From Octopus vulgaris (taxonomy: Eukaryota), in NCBI GenBank assembly GCA_951406725.2, contig OX597827.1, forward strand, positions 7,688,001-7,752,000: DNA of 64,000 nucleotides, given 5' to 3'. Of the stretch, positions 39,698 through 53,544 are shown piece by piece (positions within the stretch are counted from its first letter, which is position 1; every line of letters begins with the position of its first letter). Under the pieces are notes generated by a model that did not search any database, was not told the DNA's origin, and saw only the letters and a program-made list of their open reading frames with translations. A program made the translations under genes and the position numbers.

Positions 39698-40184
39698 GTA
39701 TTAACCTGGTGGTGGAACTTGATAAACATACGCTTCAGAAAAAAGTTTTAGCTGAGTACAGAGCATAATAAAAGATTAAATAAATGAAAAGAGAATACAA
39801 GGGAATAAAAAATTATGTAATTAACCTCAGTAGCTTACAGCTGTTTCTGCTAAACGACGTAATGTACTCATAGTGGAGTGCATGTGTATCACCCTATAGC
39901 TCTGTTGAAGCATCAAGTGCAATTTTATTTAGGAAGGCATTTGTGTATATGGAAAATGTTACCAGCAAAAAATGTAAAAATATGTATGAACTGAAGTATA
40001 AAGATTCAGGGGAAAAGCCCCCACCCAAGAAAAAGTAGATTCAGATAAAAAAAAAATTGTATTTATGTGTTTACGGAGATTTGCATGAATGCCTATGTAG
40101 GCAACTATTTATGTGCAAACATAAAATATAGACAGAATATGCATGTTGGAAATGGAGATAGATAGAAAGTGACAGAATTCAAAA

Positions 40185-40236
<52 letters not shown>

Positions 40237-40419
40237 AGAGTTTCACCTGAAGATCAAAGAGATGTGAAACCTTAAGTTGCAAATTTCATTAATTTCATTT
40301 AAAAAAAATTACACTTATATACTTATTTATGAGTAGAGACAGAGAGAGATAGAGAGAGAGAGAAGAAGAGAGTGTGGGGAGAGAGGGAGAGGAAGAGAGA
40401 GAAAGAGAGGTAGACACAT

Positions 40420-40454
<35 letters not shown>

Positions 40455-41043
40455 GAGACAGAAACAGACAGACAGATTGACAGAAAGAATAGGAGAGATT
40501 TCTTGGAATGAAATATAAGATCATTAGTTCTTAAAAATACAAATATTTTCTGGTGAATTGATCCCTAGAAACTAGAAAATTAGTCAAGGAAGCTGTATTT
40601 GCCCCCAAAGTATAATGGAAAACTCAATGCACTAATAATGGTCGTAGGCAATAAACTAACAACAATCAGCATGGCCAAAATTATTTCCTGATTACTCATA
40701 GAAAACTGATAACAACAGCTAGAACAAATTTGAGATAAATACAAAATCAGGGAACTTTGCATGGTTCCCCCGACAATCTAGAAGTAGCAGCTAAATCTCA
40801 GTCAAATCACATTTGATATTTTGATGAAAGATACACAACCTCTTAGAAACAAGCAAGATTGGAGTGTCACAACTTTAATGCTATTTGGTCTTCGGCTGAT
40901 CTAATGAACAAAAAGCATATCAGAAAGAGATAACATCATTCTCATGATTTTTGGACAGAATAAACTGGAACAAAACAGCATACACTAAGGCCATTGAAAT
41001 CACTTCTAACAGAAACTAAGACTGGAATAGTCTTGAACCTTTC

Positions 41044-41436
41044 TTAGGAGGGAAGCACTCCGTCGGTTACGACAACGAGGGTTCCGGTTGATCCGAATCA
41101 ACAGAACAGCCTGCTCGTGAAATTAACATATAAGTGGCTGAGCACTCCACAGACACGTGTACCCTTAACGTAGTTCTCGGGGATATTCAGCGTGACACAG
41201 AGAGTGACAAGGCCGGCCCTTTGAAATACAGGTACAACAGAAACAGGAAGTAAGAGTGAGAGAAAGTTGTGGTGAAAGAGTACAGCAGGGATCACCACCA
41301 TCCCCTGCTGGAGCCTCGTGGAGCTTTTAGGTGATTTCGCTCAATAAACACTCACAACGCCCGGTCTGGGAATCGAAACCGCAATCCTATGACCGCGAGT
41401 CCGCTGCCCTAACCACTGGGCCATTGTGCCTCCACA
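41044..41436 (-). mobile_element. SINE family B1 with 12-bp TSD
   Basis: Reverse complement of 22236-22622. TSD cttgaacctttc at 41032-41043 and 41437-41448. Confidence 0.92.
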
Positions 41437-42050
41437 CTTGAACCTTTCATGGATGTCACATTCTTCTGTTTCAAATATTATACAAAGGAGCAAATGAGAA
41501 AAAACAAAAGGCCACTTTTTAAAGCATGGTGTATTGATCTGCTACAAATAAGATATACACAAGTGTATATATTTATGCATGCTATGTGTGTTTGTTAGTG
41601 TGTGGGGGGTGAGGTGGAACCCGTGCCAGGATAGAAAATGGATGTTAAATGGTAATGATGATCATGATGATGATCACGATGCTGATGGTGATATGTATAC
41701 ATATGTATGCATACTTGCATAAATACATGCATGCACATGTGTTAGTATGTGCAAGTGCATATGTGTGTATGTGTGTGTGAATGAATACAGATGCAGGTAT
41801 AGTTGTGTGGTGAAGCAGTTTGCTTCATACATAGCTTTAGGTATAATCCCACTTTATAGCACGTCAAAGAACTGATTCCTGCTAGAATCTTAGGCTAATG
41901 AATAAATTGTTTGTGGAATATAGTGGCGCAAAATTGTGCAAAAGCTGTTCCACCATATATATACATACACACACACAAACATGTATGTATATATATATAT
42001 ATAAATACCTATCCATCTGTCTGTCTGTCTATTTATCTATATATATACAC

Positions 42051-42118
<68 letters not shown>

Positions 42119-42659
42119 GTATATTTGTGTGTGTGTATATATATATATATATACTCATATATGCGTTTAAACACATATACATGCAATACATACATACACA
42201 TACACATGTCTCACATAGAAGACCCATTCAGAAGTGGATTGAAATGCTATACTTTTTTTCTAGACACAGAAAGTGTTTATTAACAGAAGTGTCAAATCAT
42301 ATTTTAAAGGTGACAGCTTGAGAAAAAAGAAAAATGTTATAAAAAATAAATGCAACTATTCTACGTGTTAAAGCAAATAAATATCATTTAGCATTTTTAG
42401 AATGAATACGTTGCTCTTTTGGCCATCACAGTAACAAATTATGGTAAAATACTTTGGACACTTCTCACACTAGATCAGACAAATTGAGCAACCAACTGAA
42501 AAGTTTTATGCTAAAAATGTCAATGCATGAATGCCGCAAAGGTGAACTTTATGCGTGCCTTGAAAACAAAAGTAGAAAACACATACGGTAAAATGAGTAA
42601 TTTTTGTCAGTATATAATAACAAGTTATATATATATATAGATATGTATATATATATATA

Positions 42660-42870
42660 GTTAATCCAAACAAGAAAGCACAAAAAAACACAACAACGAG
42701 AGGACGTGGAACAAATATAGTATTATTGGACGCTCAGGAAAGAAGGAAAGGAGGAGGATTTAACGTTTCGAGTGGAGCTCTTCGTCGGAAACATAGGAGA
42801 AAGAAAGATCCTGAGACGGGAAGACAGAGGAAAAAAAATCACCAACGGTACACACGCGGTCACATTTTGA
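42660..42870 (-). mobile_element. PLE-like LTR relic with hammerhead motif at 42758-42792
   Basis: GUUU CCGACGA A GAG CUCCA CUC GAAA CG UU AAAU; flanked by (TA)n on both sides. Confidence 0.7.
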
Positions 42871-42874
42871 ATAT

Positions 42875-42920
<46 letters not shown>

Positions 42921-42941
42921 ATATGCATACATATATATGTA

Positions 42942-42975
<34 letters not shown>

Positions 42976-43164
42976 ACAATGATAAATCTCAGAGAACACA
43001 CACACATATATATATATATCAGCATATATATGATTATACACATATGCACATATACATATAAATATATATATGTAATATACACACATACACATATATACAT
43101 ATTCACATACACACATATTGATATGTATTACAATACATAAACACACTAACATATATATGTATGC

Positions 43165-43505
43165 GGCTGAGTTACTTTTGAAAGTTGGGCCTCATGGAGG
43201 GAATGACCAGGACCTTTGGCATTATATCATGCTTATGTTTGAGATGAAGACCCATCAAACCCAGCAAAATTGCAGTCATGGCAGATACCAGGGTCACACA
43301 AATGGCATCTGTGCCAGTGACATGTAAAAGCACCCATTGCACTCTTGGAGTGGTTGGCATTAGAAAGGGCATCCAGCTATAGAAAACCATGCCAAATCAG
43401 ACTGGAGTCTGGTGCAGCCTTCCAGATTACCAGCCCTGGTTAAACCATCCAACCCATGCCAGCATGGACAATGGGTATTAAATGATGATGATGAAGATGA
43501 TTATG
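43165..43505 (+). mobile_element. Family D retroposon 3' end
   Basis: gtggttggcattagaaagggcatccagc...aacccatgccagcatgg...(gat)n. Confidence 0.82.
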
Positions 43506-44089
43506 ATGCATATCTCAATAGGGAAGTAGAAACCAGGGATTGAGTTGTAGGAGATAAGTAAGTTTTAAGCAAAAGGTTGCTACTATAGAGAACAAAAAGT
43601 GGACAGTATACAATAAAATGAATATTTATAAAAATTGTAAGTTATATGCTATTTCTCTTCACAGAGTTAAGCCATATAGGCACATAAAAGATGAAGTCTT
43701 AGAATTTCACTCTATTTAGATTAAACATAATGGTAGGCTTTCACAATCTGGAGGAGAAGGACAGCATGCAACTGTTAACTTTGGGTGTTGACTATCTACT
43801 GAGTATTTCGTATACTCAGTCAGATGCTTCTGGCGAGTTCATGTCCAAACAAGAAGGAGCAGGTTTTCATCATCATCATCATCATCATTTAACGTCCACT
43901 TTCCATGCTGGCATGGGTTGGACGGTTCAACTGGGGTCTGGGGGTTAGGGTTAGGGTTGTGTTGTGAAAATGCAACCAGCGGTATATATGGGTTAAGAGG
44001 AATTTCAATGAGTTGATTGTTTCCATACAACTCAGGTCTTAGCAACTAACATTAAGAATGAAAATAAAAATAAGAGGCAATACGAAAGA

Positions 44090-44610
44090 CCGAGACCTCT
44101 GGAGATATGCTGTGACTGTGAAGATCCAACAAATAATGTGAGTTCATGGCTGTTTCCTGCACCAGCTTCACATAGAAGCCCCAGTCCATCCAAAGTGCCT
44201 TGGATCGCAGGATGGCCTGCTGTGCTTGAGGAGACCTATTGAGTCAAGAACACCAACATAAAAAAAATCAAATAGAAATTGTAGTTGTGATACCTGTGCC
44301 AGTGGCATGTTAAAAGCACCATCCGTACATGGCCGATGCCAGCGCTGCCTTAACTGGCTTCCGTGCCAGTGGCATGTAAAAAGCACCCACCAATCATGGC
44401 CATTGCCAGCCTCCCCTGGCATCTGTGCTAGTGGCACGTAAAAAGCACCCACTACACTCACGGAGTGGTTGGCGTTAGGAAGGGCATCCAGCCTTAGAAA
44501 CACTGCCAGATCAAACTGGAGCCTGGCGCAGCCTCCTGGTTTCCCAGACCCTGGTCAAACCGTCCAACCCATGCTAGCATGGAAAGCGGACGTTAAACGA
44601 TGATGATAAT
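44090..44610 (+). mobile_element. Family D retroposon 3' end (longest copy)
   Basis: Same module as 9345-9690 with a longer 5' extension. Confidence 0.85.
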
Positions 44611-44749
44611 GAGTGGTGTAGGTAGAGTTTTGGCTACAATTGTTTCATAACTAACTAAAGTTCATTATGTAAGTCATAACGTAACGAACACTCCTCAGCA
44701 TAGTTAGTCTTCAAGCCATAGATACCTCAATTTCTTTTTCCATTGTCAC

Positions 44750-45030
44750 AGAGTCCTCATTTGCCAAACCACTAAATTACAGGAATATAACCAAAGTGGT
44801 ACTGGTTGTCATGCAGTGCATGGACAAACTCAAAGACCAACCAACCACACACACACATGCACAGACTCATTTTGGACTTCTATTCAGTCTCTGTGTACCA
44901 AATTCTAAAAACATTGCTTGAAACAAGGCTGCAATTGAAGACACTTGCTCAAGGTGCTGCATGGTGGGAATGAACCTGAAACTTCTGGTTGCAAAGCAAT
45001 CTTCTTAATCACACAGTTATACCTGCACCT
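44750..45030 (-). mobile_element. SINE family A, highly diverged
   Basis: gaagacacttgctcaaggtg...gaacctgaaac...aatcacacag. Confidence 0.6.
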
Positions 45031-45177
45031 GTATGTTTTATTCAATAGGTAGATAGGTAGACAAACAAATAGCTTGATAGATAAGCAGATGAGAGATAGA
45101 CGGGTGGGTAGATAGGGTAGATAGATAGAGAGAGAGAGGGGGAAGGAGGGAGAGAGTGAGGAAGAGAGGGGACAGAG

Positions 45178-45218
<41 letters not shown>

Positions 45219-46109
45219 GCTAGGTAGATTGCTGATAAAGGTATATTCTCAAGACACTAATTTAAATACATCCTGCTGCACATTTCATTGCATATAATGG
45301 AGAGAGTGCACAACATAGAAAATGGTGTTAATATAAATGAATAAAATTCCAAAAGTATGCAAAATAAAAACAAGAAAATATATAATAGACGTAGAATATA
45401 GACTCAGAAATGAATATTGTAGCCAATTACATGCATATTCTGTCTTGGACCCAGTGGATTAATTTTCTGATACATGAGTTAAATCGTATCTTGCTGCGAA
45501 GCACAAGGCAAATAGCGACAATTCGTGTACGTTCATGAACAAGAAACTTAGGTGGAATGGATTTTTCTCACCTGTATAAACCAGCAGCTGAGGTGTAAAA
45601 ATGGCTCACGTGCGAAAATAAATACAATCTTCCACTAACTGGAGAAATTTAGAGCAGAATGAGTACATGTTGGCATGAAGGATGTGCATGATTACTGCAC
45701 TGTCATTGATAAGGAAGGACACACTGGTTGTAACAAAAGAACGTTGACAAATCAATTAATCAATTAATTAATGGTTTGATTAATTATTTAATTAACTCAT
45801 TAACTGATAACAAAACTGAAATGAAATACATACAGTGTGTGTGTGCTTCTATTGACAGGATGTCCCTTTAAAAAAATAAATTAAATTATCTTGCTATTTA
45901 TCAATATATACATGCATGGGTGTGTGTGTGTGTGTGTGTGTGTGCACGTGCTCAGGTGCACATGTATAATGACTTATTAGCTGAGGTTATTACAGACCAT
46001 TCAGTCAGTCCTTTAGCGTTCTCAGTTAATAAAGGAACTTATATAATCTACTCTATATATTCAATCTCTTTCTCTTATTTTTAAAACCATTTATAGTATA
46101 CACACATAT

Positions 46110-46154
<45 letters not shown>

Positions 46155-46906
46155 TATCCCCTGTGTTATGGAAGCATTGCATTTTTGGAAATTTTGCCAT
46201 ATGGGCTTTTGTCACAAAATATCATTTCCCTGTCGACTTCTCTCCATAGATGGAACTCAATGAAAATAGAATCAATGGGGAAATATTTTACATTACAAAA
46301 CTCCATGTTATTTCAAGATTTTTGAAGGGTGCAACACTTGCAAGATACAATCTATCTGCCTGTCTGTCTATCTATCTACACCACATGTACTCATATACTT
46401 ATATAACTACATGTATATGTATATGTTTGTGTGTGTATGTATATATGCATATATGGAGGGTGTGAGTGAGAGACAGACAAGCAAAGAGTAAGGTGAGGGA
46501 CAGATGGGCATGCAATTTAAAAGGGAACATGAAATCTCACATTGTTGAAGGAAGACTACTTCTGAACAGAAATTATTGAGAACCTGCTCTGCACATGGCT
46601 TAAAACATCTGAAGGAGCCTTAAAACTGAATATGGTATACTCATTCGAATACCATCAAAGAACACTGTACAATCCATACTGCTCCGAGGAATTGCTACAA
46701 ATCCTACTTTATACACCACAAAACTCACAAAACGCCATTAGGTAAGAATTGATTTATAGCACAAACATGCAGCTTCAAAATAGTTGATAAAACGATACAA
46801 AATCATCACTTAATTCCTATGATAAAACAATTCAACTTAAATTGAACAAAATTATACATATATATATTTATATATTTATATATTTATATATATATATATA
46901 TATATA

Positions 46907-47180
46907 CTTTGATACTTTGATATTTTGATAGGTTTCGGCCATTATTGGCCCAGGCCATGTCTAACTTAATAGCACCACCTGGTGAAGTCTTTCAAGTCAG
47001 AATTTGGGCACTATGGCCCACTCAAGTAGAGAGTTATTGTTTACAGAGACATATCCGGGTGTAGGGGGTTTATCCGGGATTTCTTGAAGGAATCTGTCCA
47101 AAGACTTCTTGAACCCTATAGGGTCAGTTTCTGTTTTAATGTGTTTTGGTGTAATGTTAAAGAGAGCGGGGCCAATATAT
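46907..47180 (-). mobile_element. LINE (CR1/L2 group) 3' end with short tandem tail
   Basis: GPALFNITPKHIK...FKKSLDRFLQEIPDKPPTPGY...NNSLLEW* followed by a short 3'UTR and (atcaaagt)-like repeats. Confidence 0.8.
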
Positions 47181-47971
47181 GTTGCTGATGTCAAGAATTC
47201 TATAAACTTTTGAGAGAACTTGAAATAAATCATTTTCAGAACATTGGTTTTCAAGGCACATTTTATTTTCAAAAGGTTTTTCAACCCAATATTTACAGAC
47301 TATATTTATAATATTTATAGGTTGATGTGATGTGCCTTGATGTATATAATGTTTCAAAAATGATAACATATAAATATAAATATATATACACATACACACA
47401 CAGACTCACACATACTCACATTCACACTCTCATGCTTACACACGCACATGTTCATGCACACCCAGACTCACACCCACTCACTCATGCACACTCATTCACA
47501 CACACACACACATGCACACACACAAACATGCATACACATGCACAGGCATAATGTGCATGACTGTCTTACATGTTTCTCTTGCATTCACCTTTGGTGAATG
47601 TAGCCTTGATGGAAGTTAATGTAATCAGCAGGTATCCAATGTCCATTGGATGTTTCAGCCTTGGACAGGTACACCCAACTGCTGACAAGTCAGCAATGAT
47701 GGCCAAATCACTGTCCACCTTCTCTTGTCTTGTTTTCACCTTAGTTCTTCTGTCTTGTTTTGATTTCTAAATGCACTCAGTGACTTACCCAGCTTTAGAG
47801 TTCAACTAAACGAAACTTGGACTATGATATGAGTCTTCCTCACTGTTTTGCTTTGGATTTATAGAAATACACATGGTATTCTAGATACTGCTGAGCTGTT
47901 GTGCAATTTAGATTTAAATCATGCTATATAGTTATATATATATGTATACATATGTACACACATATATATAA

Positions 47972-48100
47972 GCCTTTCTGTGGAAGAGCGTAGGCTCAAA
48001 ACGTTAAAGACTTTTTCACTTCCTGAGCATTATACTAATACATCTGTTTGTTGTCTACACCACCTGTCTTCGTCTTTTGTTTTTTTGAGAATTCTCCCTA
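47972..48100 (+). mobile_element. PLE-like LTR fragment with decayed hammerhead
   Basis: cttt CTGTGGAA GAGC GTAG GCTC AAAA CG TT aaag. Confidence 0.7.
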
Positions 48101-48143
48101 TACATATATATATATATTACATGAAAAAAAAATATATATATAT

Positions 48144-48364
48144 ATTACATGAAAAAATGCGAGCCTGAAAAGTAATATTCTTAAGATTATAAACCTGGAA
48201 AAGTACAGTACAAGTTATTACACCTGTAAAAGTATAGGACAAATTATTACTTCAAGTAAAGTAAAGAATAAGAAACTTTTACAGGTGTAATAACTTGTCC
48301 TGTACATTTCCAGGTTTATAATCTTAAGAATATTACTTTTCATGCTCGCATTTTTCCATGTAAT
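48144..48364. repeat. Fold-back element with 90-bp inverted arms
   Basis: 48144-48233 is the reverse complement of 48275-48364 with a few mismatches; it starts at (TA)n. Confidence 0.85.
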
Positions 48365-49382
48365 CCATGATTTTTCCAGGCATTGCAGTTATAAGATAAT
48401 TAATAATGTGTCAATTAATAATCTAGGACTTTACCCTATAAAATACTGGGTAGAAGGATACATTGGCTGCTATTTTTAACATGTCGAGCGACCAGGTAGA
48501 GGATCCGTCATTTGTTTGATTGTGTGATGAGATTTTTTTTACACCTATATGTATAAAATGCATATATATATCATTGGCAAAAGTTAAAGAGTAAGTCAAA
48601 ACCTGAGAGTTTTGTGTATCGGCACTTATCAAACATGAATTTGTCCATTGTCACTTTGTAATTTGTGATGAAGTAACTTCTAAAATACAAAATTTCGTCA
48701 AAAACGTTAAGAGTAAACCCTGTTGTATGTGACACATTGTACCAGTATCAGAAGTTTGAAAGTGTTTAATTAAAAGAAATTAAGTAATGTGTATGTCAAA
48801 TTGAATAGATCCAAAATGGATAAAAAGCAAAGTCGACCTTGGTGGCGGAATTTGAACTGAAAACATAAACACACTAAGCATTTTGCCCAGCATACTAACA
48901 TTTCTGCCAGCTCACCTCCTTATTCATTTTAGCAATATATTCTTTAATATTCTTATTGCTAAGTATTACTCCCTTACTCTCTTACTTACTTACTCAAAAT
49001 TTCATGGTATTTCACCCCATAACTTTTCTTCTACTAATTTTTGTTCAATGCGACTAATGACTCTGAATTCCTCATACATTTTTCTATCATTTAAGCCTAA
49101 GAAAAGTATACTTTTATTTTAAAATTGAAAGGTTTATGTTAATTGCAGGTGAATAGGTGCTTTACTGCCCCCCTTGAGGTCACAGATATTTTGATGTAAC
49201 TTTTTTCTACTGAACTAAATCTCAAACTATTTATGCCAAAGTGTCCTCTTTAAAACTGTTAACAGTTTGCAATTTTGTTGAGAACTGAATTAGTGGAAGC
49301 TGCTGCAATTGATGAAATGGTGGACTTAAGAATATATTCAACCACCGCCATGGTTGAATGATATATATATATATATATACAT

Positions 49383-49801
49383 AGGCGCAGGAGTGGCTGT
49401 GTGGTAAGTAGCTTACTAACCAACCACATGGTTCCGGGTTCAGTCCCACTGCGTGGCATCTTGGGCAAGTGTCTTCTGCTATAGCCCCGGGCCGACCAAT
49501 GCCTTGTGAGTGGATTTGGTAGACGGAAACTGAAAGAAACCTGTCGTATATATGTATATATGTATATATATATATGTATGTGTGTGTATGTGTTTGTGTG
49601 TCTGTGTTTGTCCCCCTAGCATTGCTTGACAACCGATGCTGGTGTGTTTACGTCCCCGTCACTTAGCGGTTCGGCAAAAGAGACCGATAGAATAAGTACT
49701 GGGCTTACAAAGAATAAGTCCCGGGGTCGATTTGCTCGACTAAAGGCGGAGCACCAGCATGGCCACAGTCAAATGACTGAAACATATAAAAGAGTAAAAG
49801 A

Positions 49802-49803
<2 letters not shown>
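49383..49803 (+). mobile_element. SINE family A, full length (young subtype)
   Basis: Head, body and tail present; embedded in (TA)n. Confidence 0.94.
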
Positions 49804-49839
<36 letters not shown>

Positions 49840-50032
49840 TAGAGCCAGTCACCACATCAAAGTGGCTATTGAATGTTACTACTTGTTTAACCCCAGGCAG
49901 ATTCTCTGCCCGCTGGTTATCAGTGCAACTCTGCATCCTTCATATACAATATACTGTTAGCAGTGGAAGCAAAACCTTACCACCCTCTTGCAGGTGGACT
50001 TTAAACAATGATGACGATGATGATGATATATG

Positions 50033-50066
<34 letters not shown>

Positions 50067-51906
50067 TGTGTGTATGTGTGTATATATGCATGTATGTATG
50101 CATGTATGTATGTATGTATGTAATTATGTATGTATGTGTGTATGTGTGCATGCAAGCATGTATGTATGTATGCATGTATGTATGTATGCATGTATGTATG
50201 TATGTATGCATGTATGTATGTGTGTATGTATGTGTGTATGTATGTATGTATGTATGTATGTATGTATATATATATAGAGAGAGAGATTGATAGATAGATA
50301 GATAGATAGACAGATATACATGGATATATACATATGTATGTCTATTTATATGTGTGTGCATGTATGTGCATGCGTGTGTGCACATGTGTGTGTATGTGTA
50401 TGTTTGTGTGTATATTTGTATATATCTATATATATATATGTATATTGATGAAGCAGACATAACTGTGCTTGTGGAAGAATATCGACAAAAGCTGATGGAA
50501 TTGTGAGTGTGTGTGTGAGTGTTTCTGTGCATGTGCGTGTGAATGTGTTTTATACATGCTTAGACATGGTATATAGTGATGTACATTCTCTCATCTGATA
50601 ATGATATACTTGTTGATATACTCACACAACAAAATTTATTTTGTTGCTCTTATCTTCACAACCAATCAAATCACTTCTTACTCTTACCATTACCTCCCAC
50701 ATTCAAGCAAATTACTTTTTATTCCCTCCATAACATTTCTATAAAGGAACAAACATCAATCGTCACAAGAGAAACTTTTTTTGTTGTAGTCTCTTGCTGG
50801 TCACACTTACAATGCTGTTACTTTTATTTGACCCAGATACTTCTGATCAAATAAGCTTAAGATGAAGGGCATTCCAAACATGACCATCCTGTCCATCTTT
50901 TGCCTATTTCACATCAAGAATGGATTATATAGTATCCAATGGATTTTCATTTTTGAAGATTTGGAATGTTCTTTTGGTGAGGATTTTCCTATTTATAGCA
51001 TAGTGAGCAACAAAGCTTGTTACAACTTTGTCATACTTTTGCTCTTGATTATTGAACTGTGTTTCTTTAATGATTATTTAACTAAAACAATTAACCTACA
51101 GCATCACTCTAATGATGGCTTCTAAAGAGGTTGCAAACTCAACCCAACTTTCACTTTCACTTAGCTTAGGAATATTAATATATTCTTTTTACTCACCTCA
51201 GTAACTTGAAGGTCAGTGGAAATTAGGATTGACTTAATATAAAATCAAAGAAAAAAGTCTATCCACTGATGTATTTAATCAGAATTGTATATAAATATAC
51301 ATACATTTTTGGATATGTGTATCCATCCATCATTCATCCATCTATCTAACTGTCCACCAATCAAACTACTTATCTACCTGCTTGCATATCTATCTAATAT
51401 ACTTACCTATCTACCTTTCAGTCTATCAATTCATCAATCAACCCATCTAACAAATGTAAAACAGTACATTTTTAGCATTTGACATTTATTAAAAGAAAAT
51501 CATATTTAACCCCATTGTTATGGTTCTGAGTTACATAATTTAGATTCTTCCAAATAAAGAAAGTACTGTCCTCTAACCCTTCCCTTCTCTCACTATGGAT
51601 ATATATATATATATATATATGCATACATACATGTATACATATATCTATATGTGTGTGTGTATGAGTGTGTGTTTGTATGTGCATGTGTGTGTGTGTGTTT
51701 GTGTGTTTGTGTGTGCAATGTATACTGATATAATACATAAACATATATTATGACATTTTCAATGATTTTCAGTTTCACGCAAAGTGGGGCTTCTTCAAAA
51801 GGAAGTGATTCATGTGAAAGTTTTGAGACAAAATTTGCACTCAAAACAAATCCATCTGCAGAAGTAAGATTGAGATTAAGACTTTGCAAAGTTTTATATA
51901 TATATT

Positions 51907-51938
<32 letters not shown>

Positions 51939-51944
51939 ATATAT

Positions 51945-52226
51945 ATCACGTGACCGACCAGGCTATCAGATGTTGCTACACATCGCTGGTCACAATACGC
52001 TTTGCATTGTTTTAGCCTTCAAAGCAAGCAGGCCAACAGAAGAAAGAGTGAGAGAAAGTGGTGGTGAAAGAGTACAGCAGGGATCACTACCACCCCCTGC
52101 CAGAGCTTCGTGGAGCTTTAAGGTGTTTTTGCTCAATAAATACTCAAAATACTCGGTCTGGGAATCGAAACTGCGATCCTACGACCGCGAGTCTGCTGCC
52201 CTAACCACTGGGCCATTGCACCTACA
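51945..52226 (-). mobile_element. SINE family B2: same tRNA head and 5' body as B1, different 3' tail
   Basis: 52040-52226 matches B1, while 51945-52035 is unrelated to the B1 tail. Confidence 0.85.
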
Positions 52227-53461
52227 CACACACACACACACATATATATATGTCACCATCATCATTGTCATCACAATTTTTTCATGCTTGCATGGCTCAG
52301 CAGAGACTATTCTGGAGGACAGTTTTCTTGAAATGGAAGTTCATCCAAATACCAACTCTTACCTATTTCCAAGCAAGAGTGTAGTCACTCAGTCTATCTA
52401 ACTACAAACAGTCCAGTCCAGACTGATTTGGTGGAGAACTGGAAACAACTGATACCATTTGTATGAATGTTTCCAAACAGAACAACATATCAAGGCAACT
52501 CAAAAAGTCTGGATAAGGTCTATCTAAAAGTATCTATCTCTATTGTTTTCAAGCAACAAGCTGATCTCATCAGTGGTGATACTGCAAAAGCACTCAATGC
52601 ACTCCATAAATGATTGTTGATCAATTTGAGCAGAGACAGAGCAGGACTTATGAGAGCCCTTCTGTGTTGCTTACGAATCTGGGAAATTTTTCTTTAACTC
52701 TTAATTTTTCTTTAAGAAACACCCAGTGCCCCTTCCACTCCTCACCCACCCATCACCTTTCCCGCTTTCAAAAAATAAAAAAATAAAAACTCAGAATATT
52801 TCACTTTCGATTGATGTTTCACGCATGCATAGAATTCTACTGAATTAGCAGACCACCACCAGAAACCCGGCATGCTAGAAACAACAGCTAAACGATATTA
52901 TTTCTTGTTAGAAAACTTCCCCGCTTTCAAAAAAGCTAAAAATAAAACGTTTGGAGGTGATGGATGAAGGTTGGGGATGGGAATTTGAGTGTTTCTTTTA
53001 GAAATTTTTTTTTAATTCTTGAAGATTCATATAAAGCAGCCTCTATAAAGCAGGTGCTAAGAAAAAGTACAGCCAGAAAACTTTGTATATTGATTGGTAA
53101 TAGGAAGGGTCTCCATATGCAGAAACCATGCCAATAATGATATATTGCAGGAAGATGTGATTTTCTGACTCATTCAATAATCATATCAAACCATCTACCA
53201 GCGCCATCATGGGAAACAATGGATATACAGTGAAAAAGATGATTATCACACACACAAATACTACTTCCTGTTCATCTATGAAGCTCACATGGTCTTGCAT
53301 TCTTTACCAGTAGCGCCAGTGTTTTCTAACATAGAGGATATTAGACCCTGCCTTCTCTCTTTAATTTCACTCCTGTCAACTTTTCCCTGAAGGAGGACTC
53401 TGACCAAAACATTGACTTTTCCAGTTTTTGTAGCAAGTTGACAGTACAATGCCCAAATGAA

Positions 53462-53492
<31 letters not shown>

Positions 53493-53544
53493 TGTATGTA
53501 TGTATATATGTATGTATGTATGTATAAGTATATACACACTTTAG

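Noticed and set aside
39828-39920. Minus-strand GAAACAGCTGTAAG hammerhead 3' half
   Set aside because: No recognisable CYGANGA core in register; kept only as a probable decayed PLE relic.
47590-47790. Minus-strand open frame KSKQDRRTK...FTKG with nearby donor sites
   Set aside because: Weak acceptor, phase-1 end incompatible with the phase-0 exon at 29032, and no recognisable motif.
51773-51808. FHAKWGFFKRK* resembling the integrin-alpha GFFKR motif
   Set aside because: No preceding transmembrane segment or other integrin exons; a short match is likely chance.
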